A stretch of 63,941 nucleotides of DNA, filler included. It is 6 parts of 6 records of this genome, joined end to end, with 100 filler letters (N's around TTAATTAATTAA, not from the genome) between each part and the next. Parts side by side here need not be neighbours in the genome. Positions count along the whole stretch, not along the records: positions 19,306 to 33,764 come from SRR31156797_2731; 5 more parts are not named here. One strand, written 5' to 3'. Below are positions 21,627 to 31,260 of this stretch, in pieces; position 1 is the first letter of the stretch, and each line of letters starts with the position of its first letter. Both the position numbers and the translations under genes were made by a program. The notes under the pieces were generated by a model, which was not told the origin of the DNA, did not search any database, and was given only the letters and a program-made list of their open reading frames with translations.

Positions 21627-21962
21627 CTAAGCTTTAATCAATTCGTACAACTTACCAGTTAGTTCAAAAGCCTCTTCTTCCGATGATAAAATAGGAATTC
21701 CTTCTTCGTTGCTTTGCTCTGCAGCATCAGCTTCCGGTTCATATCCTTTTACCAAAACAATAGCAGCCAGCTCCTTTAGTGAGGCAATCGCCATAATGTT
21801 TTTATGAGTTTGAAGAGTAACCCAAACATGGTTTTCATCAGCATTTCCCATAACATCGCTCAAAAGATCAGATGTATAACCACCTTCAATCTCACGATCT
21901 AACCCTTGTTCGCCACTGCAAACTTTCAAGCCTAACTTTTCAACTATATCTTTTACTTTCAT
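21627..21962 (-). CDS. DRTGG-domain protein
   Basis: GGYTSDLLSDVM and WVTLQTH; hydrogenase operon context. Confidence 0.8.
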   Translation of the reverse strand: MKVKDIVEKLGLKVCSGEQGLDREIEGGYTSDLLSDVMGNADENHVWVTLQTHKNIMAIASLKELAAIVLVKGYEPEADAAEQSNEEGIPILSSEEEAFELTGKLYELIKA

Positions 21963-21968
21963 TGTATC

Positions 21969-23339
21969 TTAATGATCGTTTAAATTCTTTTTTTCAAATC
22001 TCTTCTTCCCCCAAGTATCCTCTGATATATCAAATGATTCCTGCGGTGAAATCAGCCCCTCTTTTGTCAACATTTTTTGCAAGAAAACACATTGTGTCAT
22101 TTTCGCTTTGCCTTGAACTACATCTTCAGCTAAAGCCTGACAACGTGGTGCGCCGCAAGCACCACAATCAATTTGTGGCAACACTTTCATGATTCGATTA
22201 ATCTTCTGCATTTTTTTCATTGCCACCATCATATCTGAATCTAAACTCAAAATTGATCGTGGTTCAACTTTATTAATCGATATGTTTTCCAATAAATAAG
22301 GTCTGAATTTTTCTATTTCTTTTTCCTCGAGAACAACTGGTTTATTTCTATGATACCAAGCTGCTCTTTTTCGCAAGCGCTCTATAGCCAAAAATCTGTT
22401 CTCCGTTGTTAAAACACCACCTGCACAAGAATGATCGCAAGCTCTCAATTCTAAAAAGTCTACATCTGTAATTTCTTCGTTCTCTAATTTCTCAAGAACT
22501 TCAATTACATTGTGAATTTCATCGATAGCCAAACATCTACCAGAATATTGAGAAGCCTCACCATTAGTTAAGGTCCATCCAATACTTCTTCTCGACATGT
22601 GAATATTTTCAGGGTATTTTTTAGCTTCTTTCTTATTTTGTTTGATACTTAAAAGAACCTTATTGTAGATGAAATCCATATTAATAACTCCATCAATCAA
22701 CGACTCTTCTTCACCAACCGGACTTTTAACCGCAGCAATTTTAGCAGCACATGGTGTAACGTAAAAGATTCCAATTTCGTTCTTGGCAAATCCTTTATCT
22801 TCTAATTTTTTACGATAGAATTGTGCAGAAATATCAATAACCGGTTTCAACTGAATTATATTATCAACCAATCCCGGAAATTTAACTTGAATTAATCGTA
22901 CAATTGCAGGACAGAAACTTGAAATAAACGGTCTTTCCTGATTGCGTTTATGCATGTATTTTTTAGTTGCGTCAGCAAGAACACTAACCGCTCCATCCAC
23001 TTCGTAAACATGCGTAAAACCGAGATCTTTTATCTCCTCGTAAACTTGTACTTCAGAAACATCATCGGGGAACTGTCCTAAAAGAACCGTAGGTAGTAAA
23101 GCGACTCTTTGCTTATAATTAAAGATCTGGGTAAAGTCATCTTGCTCTACAATGATTGCATTTACCGGACAAGCCTTTAAACATTCTCCACAATCAACAC
23201 AAGCATTTTTATTGATATTAGCAGTTCCATTCTTCACACGAATCGCAGATGTTGGACATACATTCATACAGTGTGTACATCCAATACACACCTCATCCAC
23301 AACCTTTAACGCATGATAAAAATGAACCTTTTCCATCAC
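21969..23339 (-). CDS. divergent (sensory/group C-D-like) [FeFe]-hydrogenase-like Fe-S protein
   Basis: Two CxxCxxCxxxCP ferredoxin motifs; H-cluster-like motifs SSFCPA, TPCAAK, ELRACDHSCAGG; C-terminal DCGACGAPRC Fe-S motif. Confidence 0.85.
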   Translation of the reverse strand: MMEKVHFYHALKVVDEVCIGCTHCMNVCPTSAIRVKNGTANINKNACVDCGECLKACPVNAIIVEQDDFTQIFNYKQRVALLPTVLLGQFPDDVSEVQVYEEIKDLGFTHVYEVDGAVSVLADATKKYMHKRNQERPFISSFCPAIVRLIQVKFPGLVDNIIQLKPVIDISAQFYRKKLEDKGFAKNEIGIFYVTPCAAKIAAVKSPVGEEESLIDGVINMDFIYNKVLLSIKQNKKEAKKYPENIHMSRRSIGWTLTNGEASQYSGRCLAIDEIHNVIEVLEKLENEEITDVDFLELRACDHSCAGGVLTTENRFLAIERLRKRAAWYHRNKPVVLEEKEIEKFRPYLLENISINKVEPRSILSLDSDMMVAMKKMQKINRIMKVLPQIDCGACGAPRCQALAEDVVQGKAKMTQCVFLQKMLTKEGLISPQESFDISEDTWGKKRFEKKNLNDH

Positions 23340-23342
23340 AAA

Positions 23343-23756
23343 CTATTTCAAATAGTTAATTAATTCAACCTTGGTTCCAACATCAACCTTACTGGTAATA
23401 TTCATATGATCAGAGTTTCGCTTAATGTTTGGCAAGCCCATTCCTGCACCAAATCCCATCTCTCGAACCTTTGGTGTTGCAGTAGAATAACCTTCCTGCA
23501 TTGCCTGATCGATATCAGGAATACCCGGACCATTATCCTCAATGCGGACAATTACTTTATCAGGTTCAATTTCTACGTACATTGTACCATCAAAAGCATG
23601 AGCAACAACATTAACTTCAGCTTCATATAAAGAAACAACTGTTCTTTTTATAATTTTTGGATTCACATTTAACTGTTTCAGGATTTTTTTCACCCCACTA
23701 GATGCTGTACCTGCCTTGGAAAAATTTCCTCCTTCAATTTCAAATTTAAATTCCAT
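23343..23756 (-). CDS. anti-sigma-factor-like Ser/Thr kinase (RsbT/HATPase_c)
   Basis: YEAEVN, DNGPGIPD and GYSTA...GFGAGMGLPN motifs. Confidence 0.85.
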   Translation of the reverse strand: MEFKFEIEGGNFSKAGTASSGVKKILKQLNVNPKIIKRTVVSLYEAEVNVVAHAFDGTMYVEIEPDKVIVRIEDNGPGIPDIDQAMQEGYSTATPKVREMGFGAGMGLPNIKRNSDHMNITSKVDVGTKVELINYLK

Positions 23757-23766
23757 TCCCCCTTTT

Positions 23767-24114
23767 TTAGTAAACCGGATTTAATCCTAAATCACAAAGA
23801 GCTGAACAAGCTCTAAACATTGAATAACCACATTCAATTAAAGTAATTTCATTCTCACAAGCCAACTCCTTCATTTCTGGCGAAACCTTTTTATCTCTCA
23901 CAAACAAAATAAAAGAGATATCGGACATTTCTGAAGTTCGGATGGTTTGTAGGTTATTTAAACCTGTAATTAAAAGAAGATTTTCTGTATCTATAGTAAG
24001 TACATCACTCATTAAATCCGACGCAAATCCAAACTGAACTTCCTTATTCAAATCACTCTCTCCACAAATAACACGTGCATTAAGTTTATCAACTACATCT
24101 GCCACTTTCACCAT
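23767..24114 (-). CDS. DRTGG-domain protein
   Basis: FASDLMSDVL and LLITGL...IRT; paralog of 21627-21962. Confidence 0.8.
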   Translation of the reverse strand: MVKVADVVDKLNARVICGESDLNKEVQFGFASDLMSDVLTIDTENLLLITGLNNLQTIRTSEMSDISFILFVRDKKVSPEMKELACENEITLIECGYSMFRACSALCDLGLNPVY

Positions 24115-24426
24115 ATCGCAGTATTAAATTATGTTTATTTAAACGCTCTTTTACGTGGCACTAAGATAAGAAATTGAGGTAGATTAATAAATGATATATA
24201 AAGGAATAGAGACAATTTCCATAAATAAATATTTAGTCTAAATAACACCGATTTAACTATAGATTCTAAATAAAAATAATGTTTGGACATGTTATAAATA
24301 AGATGAGAAAATAATTCAAATTAATCGATCCATTCAAATGTTAAATCTTTTAATTTGAAATCGTATTTTTAACTATATTCGTTAAAAGTAAACCACAATA
24401 ATTAATAGCACTTTATTTCTTTATTA

Positions 24427-25242
24427 ATGAGCAAAAAAACTCAACATATACTCATTTTAGTTCAGGATTATAAACACATAACCGGTGCAATTAAATATGC
24501 ATTTAAGCTGGCACATATGTTTAAGGCTAAAGTTGCCTTTGCAAACATGCTAAACACTAAGAATAAACCTATTGATTTTAATTTAGATCAACTAGTAAAT
24601 CAATTCAACCCAAATTCTATTGAATACAAAGAAATCGACCTCGGAAGAATAGAAAAAGAACCTAACAATACTATTAAGCTATTAGATGTTGTTTTTATTG
24701 TAAGTGAATTTCCAGCAAAAAACCTATCTGGATTTTTTAGGAAAAATCCTGTTTTCAAACTGCTTTACAAAGCCAAAGTTCCCAGCTTTATAATAGGTGA
24801 ACATACTTCCTTAGATTGTGATTTGAAGAATATAATTGTCCCTGTCGATTATAAAAAAGAAACCAAAGAAAAGATGATATGGGCAAGTTATTTTGGGCGT
24901 TTCAATCAAGCTGTAATTCACTTAATAGTCCCGAAAGAGAAAAATGAAACTATTCTAAGAAAAATTAAAGCAACACTTCTTTTTACCAGAAAAATGTACG
25001 AACAGTTTAGCTTCGACTATAAGATAGTTAAAACATCTTCGAAAAGTGAGAGAATTAAAGAAGAGTCTTTTCTGTTTTCGGAGAAGTACCAATCTGATCT
25101 TATTCTATTGCTCTCGCATGGTAATAATGATTGGTATGGGAACAATTTTGGTCCTCGAGAGATAAAGAAATATCTACTTAATAAGAAAAATCCAATTTTA
25201 TTTATAAATCCATTAAAAGATTACTATCTACCATGCAGCTAG
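24427..25242 (+). CDS. universal-stress-protein-like protein (tandem USP)
   Basis: HILILV...AFKLA, KNIIVPVDY, DLILLL and NPILFINP patterns. Confidence 0.65.
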   Translation: MSKKTQHILILVQDYKHITGAIKYAFKLAHMFKAKVAFANMLNTKNKPIDFNLDQLVNQFNPNSIEYKEIDLGRIEKEPNNTIKLLDVVFIVSEFPAKNLSGFFRKNPVFKLLYKAKVPSFIIGEHTSLDCDLKNIIVPVDYKKETKEKMIWASYFGRFNQAVIHLIVPKEKNETILRKIKATLLFTRKMYEQFSFDYKIVKTSSKSERIKEESFLFSEKYQSDLILLLSHGNNDWYGNNFGPREIKKYLLNKKNPILFINPLKDYYLPCS

Positions 25243-25402
25243 TTGCATCACTATTGATGAGTACATAGAAATAATAGATGCATAATAGTGACCAATAAGT
25301 ATAAAAATTCGACTTGTATTGTTATCTTTAAAGGGCAGATCGAAGATTAGACAACAAACAACATCAACTATAATTTTCTTTTCAAATCTGTTTAATTATC
25401 AA

Positions 25403-25445
25403 TATAAAAAAAGGAATTACCACTAGGGTAATTCCTTTTTTTATA
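25403..25445. terminator. bidirectional intrinsic terminator
   Basis: AAAAAAAGGAATTACC-ACTAG-GGTAATTCCTTTTTTT between convergent genes. Confidence 0.9.
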
Positions 25446-25460
25446 TCATATTTTTAAAGT

Positions 25461-27647
25461 TTATTCTTTAACAATATTCATTTCATCTAATAAATATCCT
25501 GCTCCAGCAAATTTATCTACAATAAATAGTACGTAACGAATATCAAGAGAAACATTACGACAGATTTCCGCATCATACATCAGGTCTGACATTACTCCTT
25601 CCCAGGCACGGTCGAAATTTAAACCAATAAGTTCACCGTTCGCATTAAGTACCGGACTTCCAGAATTTCCTCCTGTGGTGTGATTTGTTGCTGCAAAACA
25701 AACTGGCATTTCTCCTGCTTTGTTGGCATACATTCCAAAATCTTTTTCATGATACAAATCTCTCAACTTTTGAGGAACATCATAATCAAAAATTTCAGGA
25801 TTGTCTTTCTCGATAATTCCTTCAAGTGTAGTGTAATGCTCATAATTTACAGCATTTCTAGCCTTATAACCAGATACTTTTCCATAATGAACTCTAAAAG
25901 TAGAATTCGCATCAGGGTAAAATACTTTTTCTGGCTGCATCTCCATTAATCCAGCCATATAGTTACGCTGTAATTTTACTGTCTTAGCATTTAGCTTTCC
26001 ATAAACAGGAGCAATTTCCGACTCATAAAAGAATCGAATACTATTAGCTAATACATAAATAGGATCTTTCGCCACTTTCTTACCCATTGACAATTTATAG
26101 TTTGCCAACAAATTCTCTAACTTGTTCTGATCAGCAAAAACCGATTTATCCAAAGCTTTTGTCGCATAAGCTTCAAAATCCCCATTGTATTTATCTCTAA
26201 TGGAAATAATCTCCTTTGGTAGATATTTGTCCTCCAAATTATCACTATACATCCTTAAAGTAGCTGCAAGTAGCTTCTTATCAGTAGGCATATTGTAATT
26301 CTTAAAGAATTTTACACTTTCCTTTTTAAGATCTTCCACTTTTCCATATACCTGATCAGACTCCTTCTTTGTTAATTGAGTCAATGATTTAAATTTACCA
26401 GCAAAATCAACTGCTTCAGCACCTCTAAATCCAGCTTCAAGAGCATAATCTCTAGCTAAACTTATTGGAGCTAATTCCTTATACAAGCCTTCCATTTCTT
26501 TCAAAATTCCAGCATATTTCTTCCTAAGTTCTGGCTGTGAATTCGCCCATTTTTCAAACTGAGCTTCTAATTCTTGCTTTTTCTCGATGGCATTCAACCT
26601 ACGAAGTCCTTTAATTTCACCTTGCCATCTTTTCCAAGAGTTTGCAACTCCAGCATATTTTGCAGAATATTGAATTCTTACCAATGGAGAAGCATCCATA
26701 TCTGCTCTCATTAAATCCAATTTCTTAGTTCTAATTTTGATCTTGTGAGGATTATCCACCTCAGTCATCATTTTTAAAGCATGAGAAGTTAGATATTCTG
26801 TTGTTGTTCCTGGATATCCAAAAACCATCGTAAAATCATCTTGATTAACCCCTTTTAAGGAGATTTTAAATGATTGTTTTGGTTGCATTGGCACATTATC
26901 CTTAGAATAAGATGCAGGTTTATTATCCTTGTCAGCATAAATTCTGAACATTGAGAAATCCCCTGTATGACGTGGCCACATCCAATTATCAGTATCACCA
27001 CCAAATTTTCCTATAGCTGAAGGAGGAGCACCTACCAAACGAACATCTTTAAAAATTTCATATACCGACAAGAAATACTGATTTCCATTGAAGAATGGCT
27101 TCACACTTGCTCTATAGTGTGAATCTTTTTCCGCAGCTTCAACAATTTTCTTGATGTGCTTACGGATCATTTTTTCACGATCAGCTTCTTTTGTTTCATC
27201 AGTAATACTATCTAAAACTTGTGCTGTCACATCATCCATACGAATTAAAAACGAAGCTGTAATACCTTCATTTACCAATTCTTCTTTTTGATTCATAGCC
27301 CAGAATCCGTCCTTTAAGTAATCGTTCTCAAGTGTTGAATGATTCTGAATTGCACCATACCCACAGTGGTGATTTGTTACTATCAATCCCTTATCTGAGA
27401 TCAATTCTCCTGTACAGAAGTGGCGAAAAGGTCTTCCTTCGCGTCCCAACCCAATAACAGCATCTTTCAAACAAGCTTTGTTGATATCGTAAATATCATC
27501 CGCCGTTAATTTGAAACCTGCTTTTTGCATGTCTTCAATATTGTACTTTTTTAAAAGCATAGGAATCCACATTCCCTCATCTGCTTTTACCTGACCTCCC
27601 ACAAACAGTACTACTGCCATAAGAAGTAAACCCAATTTTCTCTTCAT
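25461..27647 (-). CDS. S46 family dipeptidyl peptidase, DPP11-like
   Basis: Signal peptide then DEGMW; TNHHC, GDTDNW and TGGNSGSP triad motifs; NFDR at the S1 position. Confidence 0.92.
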   Translation of the reverse strand: MKRKLGLLLMAVVLFVGGQVKADEGMWIPMLLKKYNIEDMQKAGFKLTADDIYDINKACLKDAVIGLGREGRPFRHFCTGELISDKGLIVTNHHCGYGAIQNHSTLENDYLKDGFWAMNQKEELVNEGITASFLIRMDDVTAQVLDSITDETKEADREKMIRKHIKKIVEAAEKDSHYRASVKPFFNGNQYFLSVYEIFKDVRLVGAPPSAIGKFGGDTDNWMWPRHTGDFSMFRIYADKDNKPASYSKDNVPMQPKQSFKISLKGVNQDDFTMVFGYPGTTTEYLTSHALKMMTEVDNPHKIKIRTKKLDLMRADMDASPLVRIQYSAKYAGVANSWKRWQGEIKGLRRLNAIEKKQELEAQFEKWANSQPELRKKYAGILKEMEGLYKELAPISLARDYALEAGFRGAEAVDFAGKFKSLTQLTKKESDQVYGKVEDLKKESVKFFKNYNMPTDKKLLAATLRMYSDNLEDKYLPKEIISIRDKYNGDFEAYATKALDKSVFADQNKLENLLANYKLSMGKKVAKDPIYVLANSIRFFYESEIAPVYGKLNAKTVKLQRNYMAGLMEMQPEKVFYPDANSTFRVHYGKVSGYKARNAVNYEHYTTLEGIIEKDNPEIFDYDVPQKLRDLYHEKDFGMYANKAGEMPVCFAATNHTTGGNSGSPVLNANGELIGLNFDRAWEGVMSDLMYDAEICRNVSLDIRYVLFIVDKFAGAGYLLDEMNIVKE

Positions 27648-27681
27648 TTTATCTATATGTTGTTTAAGTAATTCTTTAATC

Positions 27682-28260
27682 TTAAAACTTACTAAGTTCC
27701 TGATATAAACGCTGAATTGGCAATCCTACCACGTTAAAGTACGATCCTTCAATTCCATCAATACCAATAAAACCAATCCACTCCTGGATGCCATATGCAC
27801 CAGCTTTATCAAAAGGTTTATAGTTATCGATATAGTAATTGATCTCCTCTTCGGATAATATCTTAAAATGCACATTAGTGGTTGTGGCAAAACTCACCTT
27901 TTTTTCTTTACTCATTAAGCAAACTCCACTAATCACCTGGTGCGATCTTCCTGATAAAGCTCGCAACATTTTTACGGCATCATTTCTATCTTTTGGCTTA
28001 CCCAAAATCCAATCGTCAATGCACACAATTGTATCAGCCGTTATCACCAATTCATTCGATACAACATCTTCCTTAAAAGCCTTGCCCTTTAATTCGGCAA
28101 GGTAAACTGGAATTTCCTCAGGAGTTAATCCGTCAGGATACACCTCCTCTACCTCTTTGGTTTTTATTTCGAATGATAATCCCAGCTCCTTTAGCATTTG
28201 ATGACGTCGCGGAGATTGAGAAGCCAATATTATTTGATAATCTTTTAGATTATTCAACAT
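27682..28260 (-). CDS. maf: Maf-family nucleoside triphosphate pyrophosphatase
   Basis: LASQSPRR, ADTIV, GKP, DKAGAYGIQ and NVVGLP motifs. Confidence 0.92.
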   Translation of the reverse strand: MLNNLKDYQIILASQSPRRHQMLKELGLSFEIKTKEVEEVYPDGLTPEEIPVYLAELKGKAFKEDVVSNELVITADTIVCIDDWILGKPKDRNDAVKMLRALSGRSHQVISGVCLMSKEKKVSFATTTNVHFKILSEEEINYYIDNYKPFDKAGAYGIQEWIGFIGIDGIEGSYFNVVGLPIQRLYQELSKF

Positions 28261-28262
28261 TT

Positions 28263-29222
28263 TTAAAAATTTGAATGATTGATAATATAATTCACTACAA
28301 AAGCATACGAAATGCCTGTAAGGATAGCGAAACGTAATAAAAACACACCTAATTTGAACTTATCTCCCACTTTATATTTTGCCACTTTATAAGCCAGAAT
28401 AACAATTGGTAATATAATTAGAATGGCAAAATACCAAGGTGTGATATTATCCATTGGTGCATTTAGAAACTGATACCAAACACCAAAAACTGATACTGAC
28501 AAAAATAAAAGCAAAGTCACAATTACAATCTTAGACCATTTTAATCCAATAACCACTGGAAGACTTCTTCTTTGTATTTCACTATCTCCTTTTATCGATA
28601 ATAAATCTCTTATAAATTGACCAATTAAAGCCGCCAAAAAAGTGAAAAATGAGAATGAGCCAACCCAGTACAATAGGTAATTAAAATCTGTTTTAGATGC
28701 CAAAAGAACATCGGCATATTTTTTATTTAATGGTGGTATCTCGTAAATCACAACTAAAAAAGGAATAGCTGCCGATATCATCGCCATAATAAAGCTTCCC
28801 AGTAAAAAATAATACTTGTAGGAAGTTGAATAAAACCACAACAAACCTCCCGCCATAAAGAAGATGAATACAAATTGCCAATGTCCAACTTTATAAGAAA
28901 CATAAGCTCCCAACAGAACCGATATTACCATAAATACCTGATGCATTAGCAAAGCAATTCTTCTTTTTACCAAACGACCAACAATAACATCTTTCTTGTT
29001 GAAACGATCCGCTTTCGTATCGAAATAATCATTAATAATATACCCAGCAGCAGCCATAAATAGTGTCGCCAGTACCAAAATAGCAAAATCGATATCAGCC
29101 AATTGAAGCTTAATTCTATTTATTCCCAAAATTGGTTCAATAATAAAGTAACGCATTACAATTTGTATTAATGCGATAATAATTAAGTTCGGAAATCGGA
29201 CTAACTTCAGGTATTTGCTCAT
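28263..29222 (-). CDS. UbiA-family prenyltransferase (DGGGP-synthase-like)
   Basis: LVRFPNL, AAGYIINDYFD..AD..N and multiple TM helices; start moved to ATG 29222. Confidence 0.85.
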   Translation of the reverse strand: MSKYLKLVRFPNLIIIALIQIVMRYFIIEPILGINRIKLQLADIDFAILVLATLFMAAAGYIINDYFDTKADRFNKKDVIVGRLVKRRIALLMHQVFMVISVLLGAYVSYKVGHWQFVFIFFMAGGLLWFYSTSYKYYFLLGSFIMAMISAAIPFLVVIYEIPPLNKKYADVLLASKTDFNYLLYWVGSFSFFTFLAALIGQFIRDLLSIKGDSEIQRRSLPVVIGLKWSKIVIVTLLLFLSVSVFGVWYQFLNAPMDNITPWYFAILIILPIVILAYKVAKYKVGDKFKLGVFLLRFAILTGISYAFVVNYIINHSNF

Positions 29223-29247
29223 TTCGATTGGAGTTAAATAGAGAGAT

Positions 29248-29775
29248 TTAAATGCTTTGAATATTTGTATCTGATTCGTACCATTTTGAGTGAGCACGTA
29301 ACACTTGTTCAATTACATCTCTTACACAACCATATCCACCGTCCTTATCTGATATGTAATTTGAAATTGCCTTAATTTGCTCAACAGCATTTGCCGGACA
29401 AGTAGGAACACCTATTCTTTTCATCACTTCAAAGTCAGGTAAATCGTCCCCCATATACATGATATGGTCCGGATTAAGGTCGTGCTTCGAAATGAAATCT
29501 TCAAAATCTTTAATTTTATTTTTTGAAGCCATATAAATATCTTTCACTCCCAATCCGCGATATCTTTTCTCAACAGCATTCGATACTCCTCCAGTAATAA
29601 TTGCAACAGGATATCCTTTTTTAATTGCATATTGAATTGCATAACCATCTTTAGTGTTTGCTGTTCGCAACATTTCTCCGTTAGAATCAATAACAATACA
29701 CTCGTTGGATAATACTCCATCTACATCAAAAATGAAAGCTGATACTTTCATTAAATCTTCTTTAAAAAACGCCAT
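29248..29775 (-). CDS. KdsC-like HAD phosphatase
   Basis: FDVDGVL, KDG, YMGDDLPD and GGYGCVRDVIEQVL motifs. Confidence 0.88.
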   Translation of the reverse strand: MAFFKEDLMKVSAFIFDVDGVLSNECIVIDSNGEMLRTANTKDGYAIQYAIKKGYPVAIITGGVSNAVEKRYRGLGVKDIYMASKNKIKDFEDFISKHDLNPDHIMYMGDDLPDFEVMKRIGVPTCPANAVEQIKAISNYISDKDGGYGCVRDVIEQVLRAHSKWYESDTNIQSI

Positions 29776-29799
29776 ACTGGTAATATCTATATGATTATA

Positions 29800-30582
29800 C
29801 TAATTATTTTTCTCTGAATGCATCTTAAAAATACTTTCACTCACAAAACTATACAATTTTTGAAAATCAGGTAAATCTTTTAGTTCATTCTCATGCTTTG
29901 TCATAATTTCTTTATCGAATCGAATAGCAGGACCTGTTTGTGCCAACATTGGATCAAGTTCTTGAACTTTCTCGGCTGTTTCTTTAATCAGAGGCTTTAA
30001 CAAATCAAAATCGACATCCTTCTCTGTCACTAGTTTTTGCCCGATGCTATACATGTGATTGGCAAAATTACAGGTGAAAACAGCAGCCAAATGCAGTTGT
30101 TTTCTTTGTTCTGACGATATTAAATTCAGATTTTTAGATATTTTCTCTCCTAATTGAAATAAATCTTGTTCCAATCCAATATTATTGGCTTCTATACAAA
30201 TAGGAATATCCGAGAAATCGACTTTTCGTTGTTTCGAGAAGGTTTGTAAAGGATAAAAAACACCAAAATGCTCAGTATAATTTTCGAAAATATCCATAGG
30301 AATACTGCCCGCAGTATGTATCGCATTACCAATTGGTAATGAAATTTGATCCAATACAGCGTGCAATGCCTTATCGCTTAAAGCAAAAATGTACAAATTC
30401 GCATTGGGCACAATATTCTTAAGCGAATTGGTATATCGCGAATTAACTTTATCAGCAAGTGTTTTAGCCGACTCTATAGTTCTACTATATACTTGTAAAA
30501 TCTCAATTCCATTTTCGTGGAGTGCGATAGAAAGTTGTGTAGCTAAATTGCCAGCACCTATCATTACAATATTTTGAATCAT
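29800..30582 (-). CDS. Rossmann-like + DUF2520 oxidoreductase
   Basis: IGAGNLA, HTAGS, FYPLQTF, HLAAVF.CNF and QTGPA.R motifs. Confidence 0.85.
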   Translation of the reverse strand: MIQNIVMIGAGNLATQLSIALHENGIEILQVYSRTIESAKTLADKVNSRYTNSLKNIVPNANLYIFALSDKALHAVLDQISLPIGNAIHTAGSIPMDIFENYTEHFGVFYPLQTFSKQRKVDFSDIPICIEANNIGLEQDLFQLGEKISKNLNLISSEQRKQLHLAAVFTCNFANHMYSIGQKLVTEKDVDFDLLKPLIKETAEKVQELDPMLAQTGPAIRFDKEIMTKHENELKDLPDFQKLYSFVSESIFKMHSEKNN

Positions 30583-30592
30583 ATGGCAGATA

Positions 30593-31093
30593 TTAAACAA
30601 TTCCTAATTCTTGTGGCGAGGCAGCAATATTTTTCAAGGGTACTTTGCCTCTGTCAATCATTCCAAAGAGTTTCTCACAGCCCTTCACTAAATCTTCATA
30701 CATGTCTTCGGCAACCAAAACCAATCTCGCGTCTACAAAGTCTAAATGTTCTGCCTCTTCGGGCTGATTATCTCTGGAACAAAGCAAAAGCGATTTACTG
30801 GGAACAAACGAATGTGTTAATTGATTTCTCAATCTATCGTACAGCCAAAAATCCTTATTTACTGCACGGTAATCATTACCCATTAATATATTTAATGATT
30901 TAGAAAATCGTTTCGATGATTGAGCACGAGCTTTTAAGGGTTTATTATCCAAAAAACAACCCAATGCCTCTATTGCCTGTCCCATCATTATGAATGAAAA
31001 GAAATAGAATCCTTCCTTTTGCAATCGTCCAATTTCATCAATGAATATTTTGCGGATAAATTCTTTCTCCTGTTCAGCTTTTTCTTTGTCCAT
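30593..31093 (-). CDS. hypothetical protein, possible HEPN-like fold
   Basis: Helical-looking 166-aa ORF in an operon; IEALG and LRNQLTH (Rx4H). Confidence 0.6.
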   Translation of the reverse strand: MDKEKAEQEKEFIRKIFIDEIGRLQKEGFYFFSFIMMGQAIEALGCFLDNKPLKARAQSSKRFSKSLNILMGNDYRAVNKDFWLYDRLRNQLTHSFVPSKSLLLCSRDNQPEEAEHLDFVDARLVLVAEDMYEDLVKGCEKLFGMIDRGKVPLKNIAASPQELGIV

Positions 31094-31207
31094 ATGGCAA
31101 ATATATACAGATATTATCGAATTGCATTTGAATTATCAGGGAATCGAATTGCAATTTTAAATTGTAAGAAAAAATAGTTTATCTAGCTAACACATTAGAC
31201 AATCAAC

Positions 31208-31235
31208 AAAAAATGCTGCCCATAAGAGCAGCATT
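31208..31235 (-). terminator. intrinsic terminator after porin
   Basis: AATGCTGC...GCAGCATT inverted repeat followed by a U-tract on the minus strand. Confidence 0.7.
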
Positions 31236-31260
31236 ATATATTTTAATCAATTTCGCTAAT

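Noticed and set aside
28263-29222. DGGGP-synthase-like UbiA as evidence of archaeal-type lipid synthesis
   Set aside because: This gene beside maf and kdsC-like is common in Bacteroidota, and no partner pathway genes are on the contig
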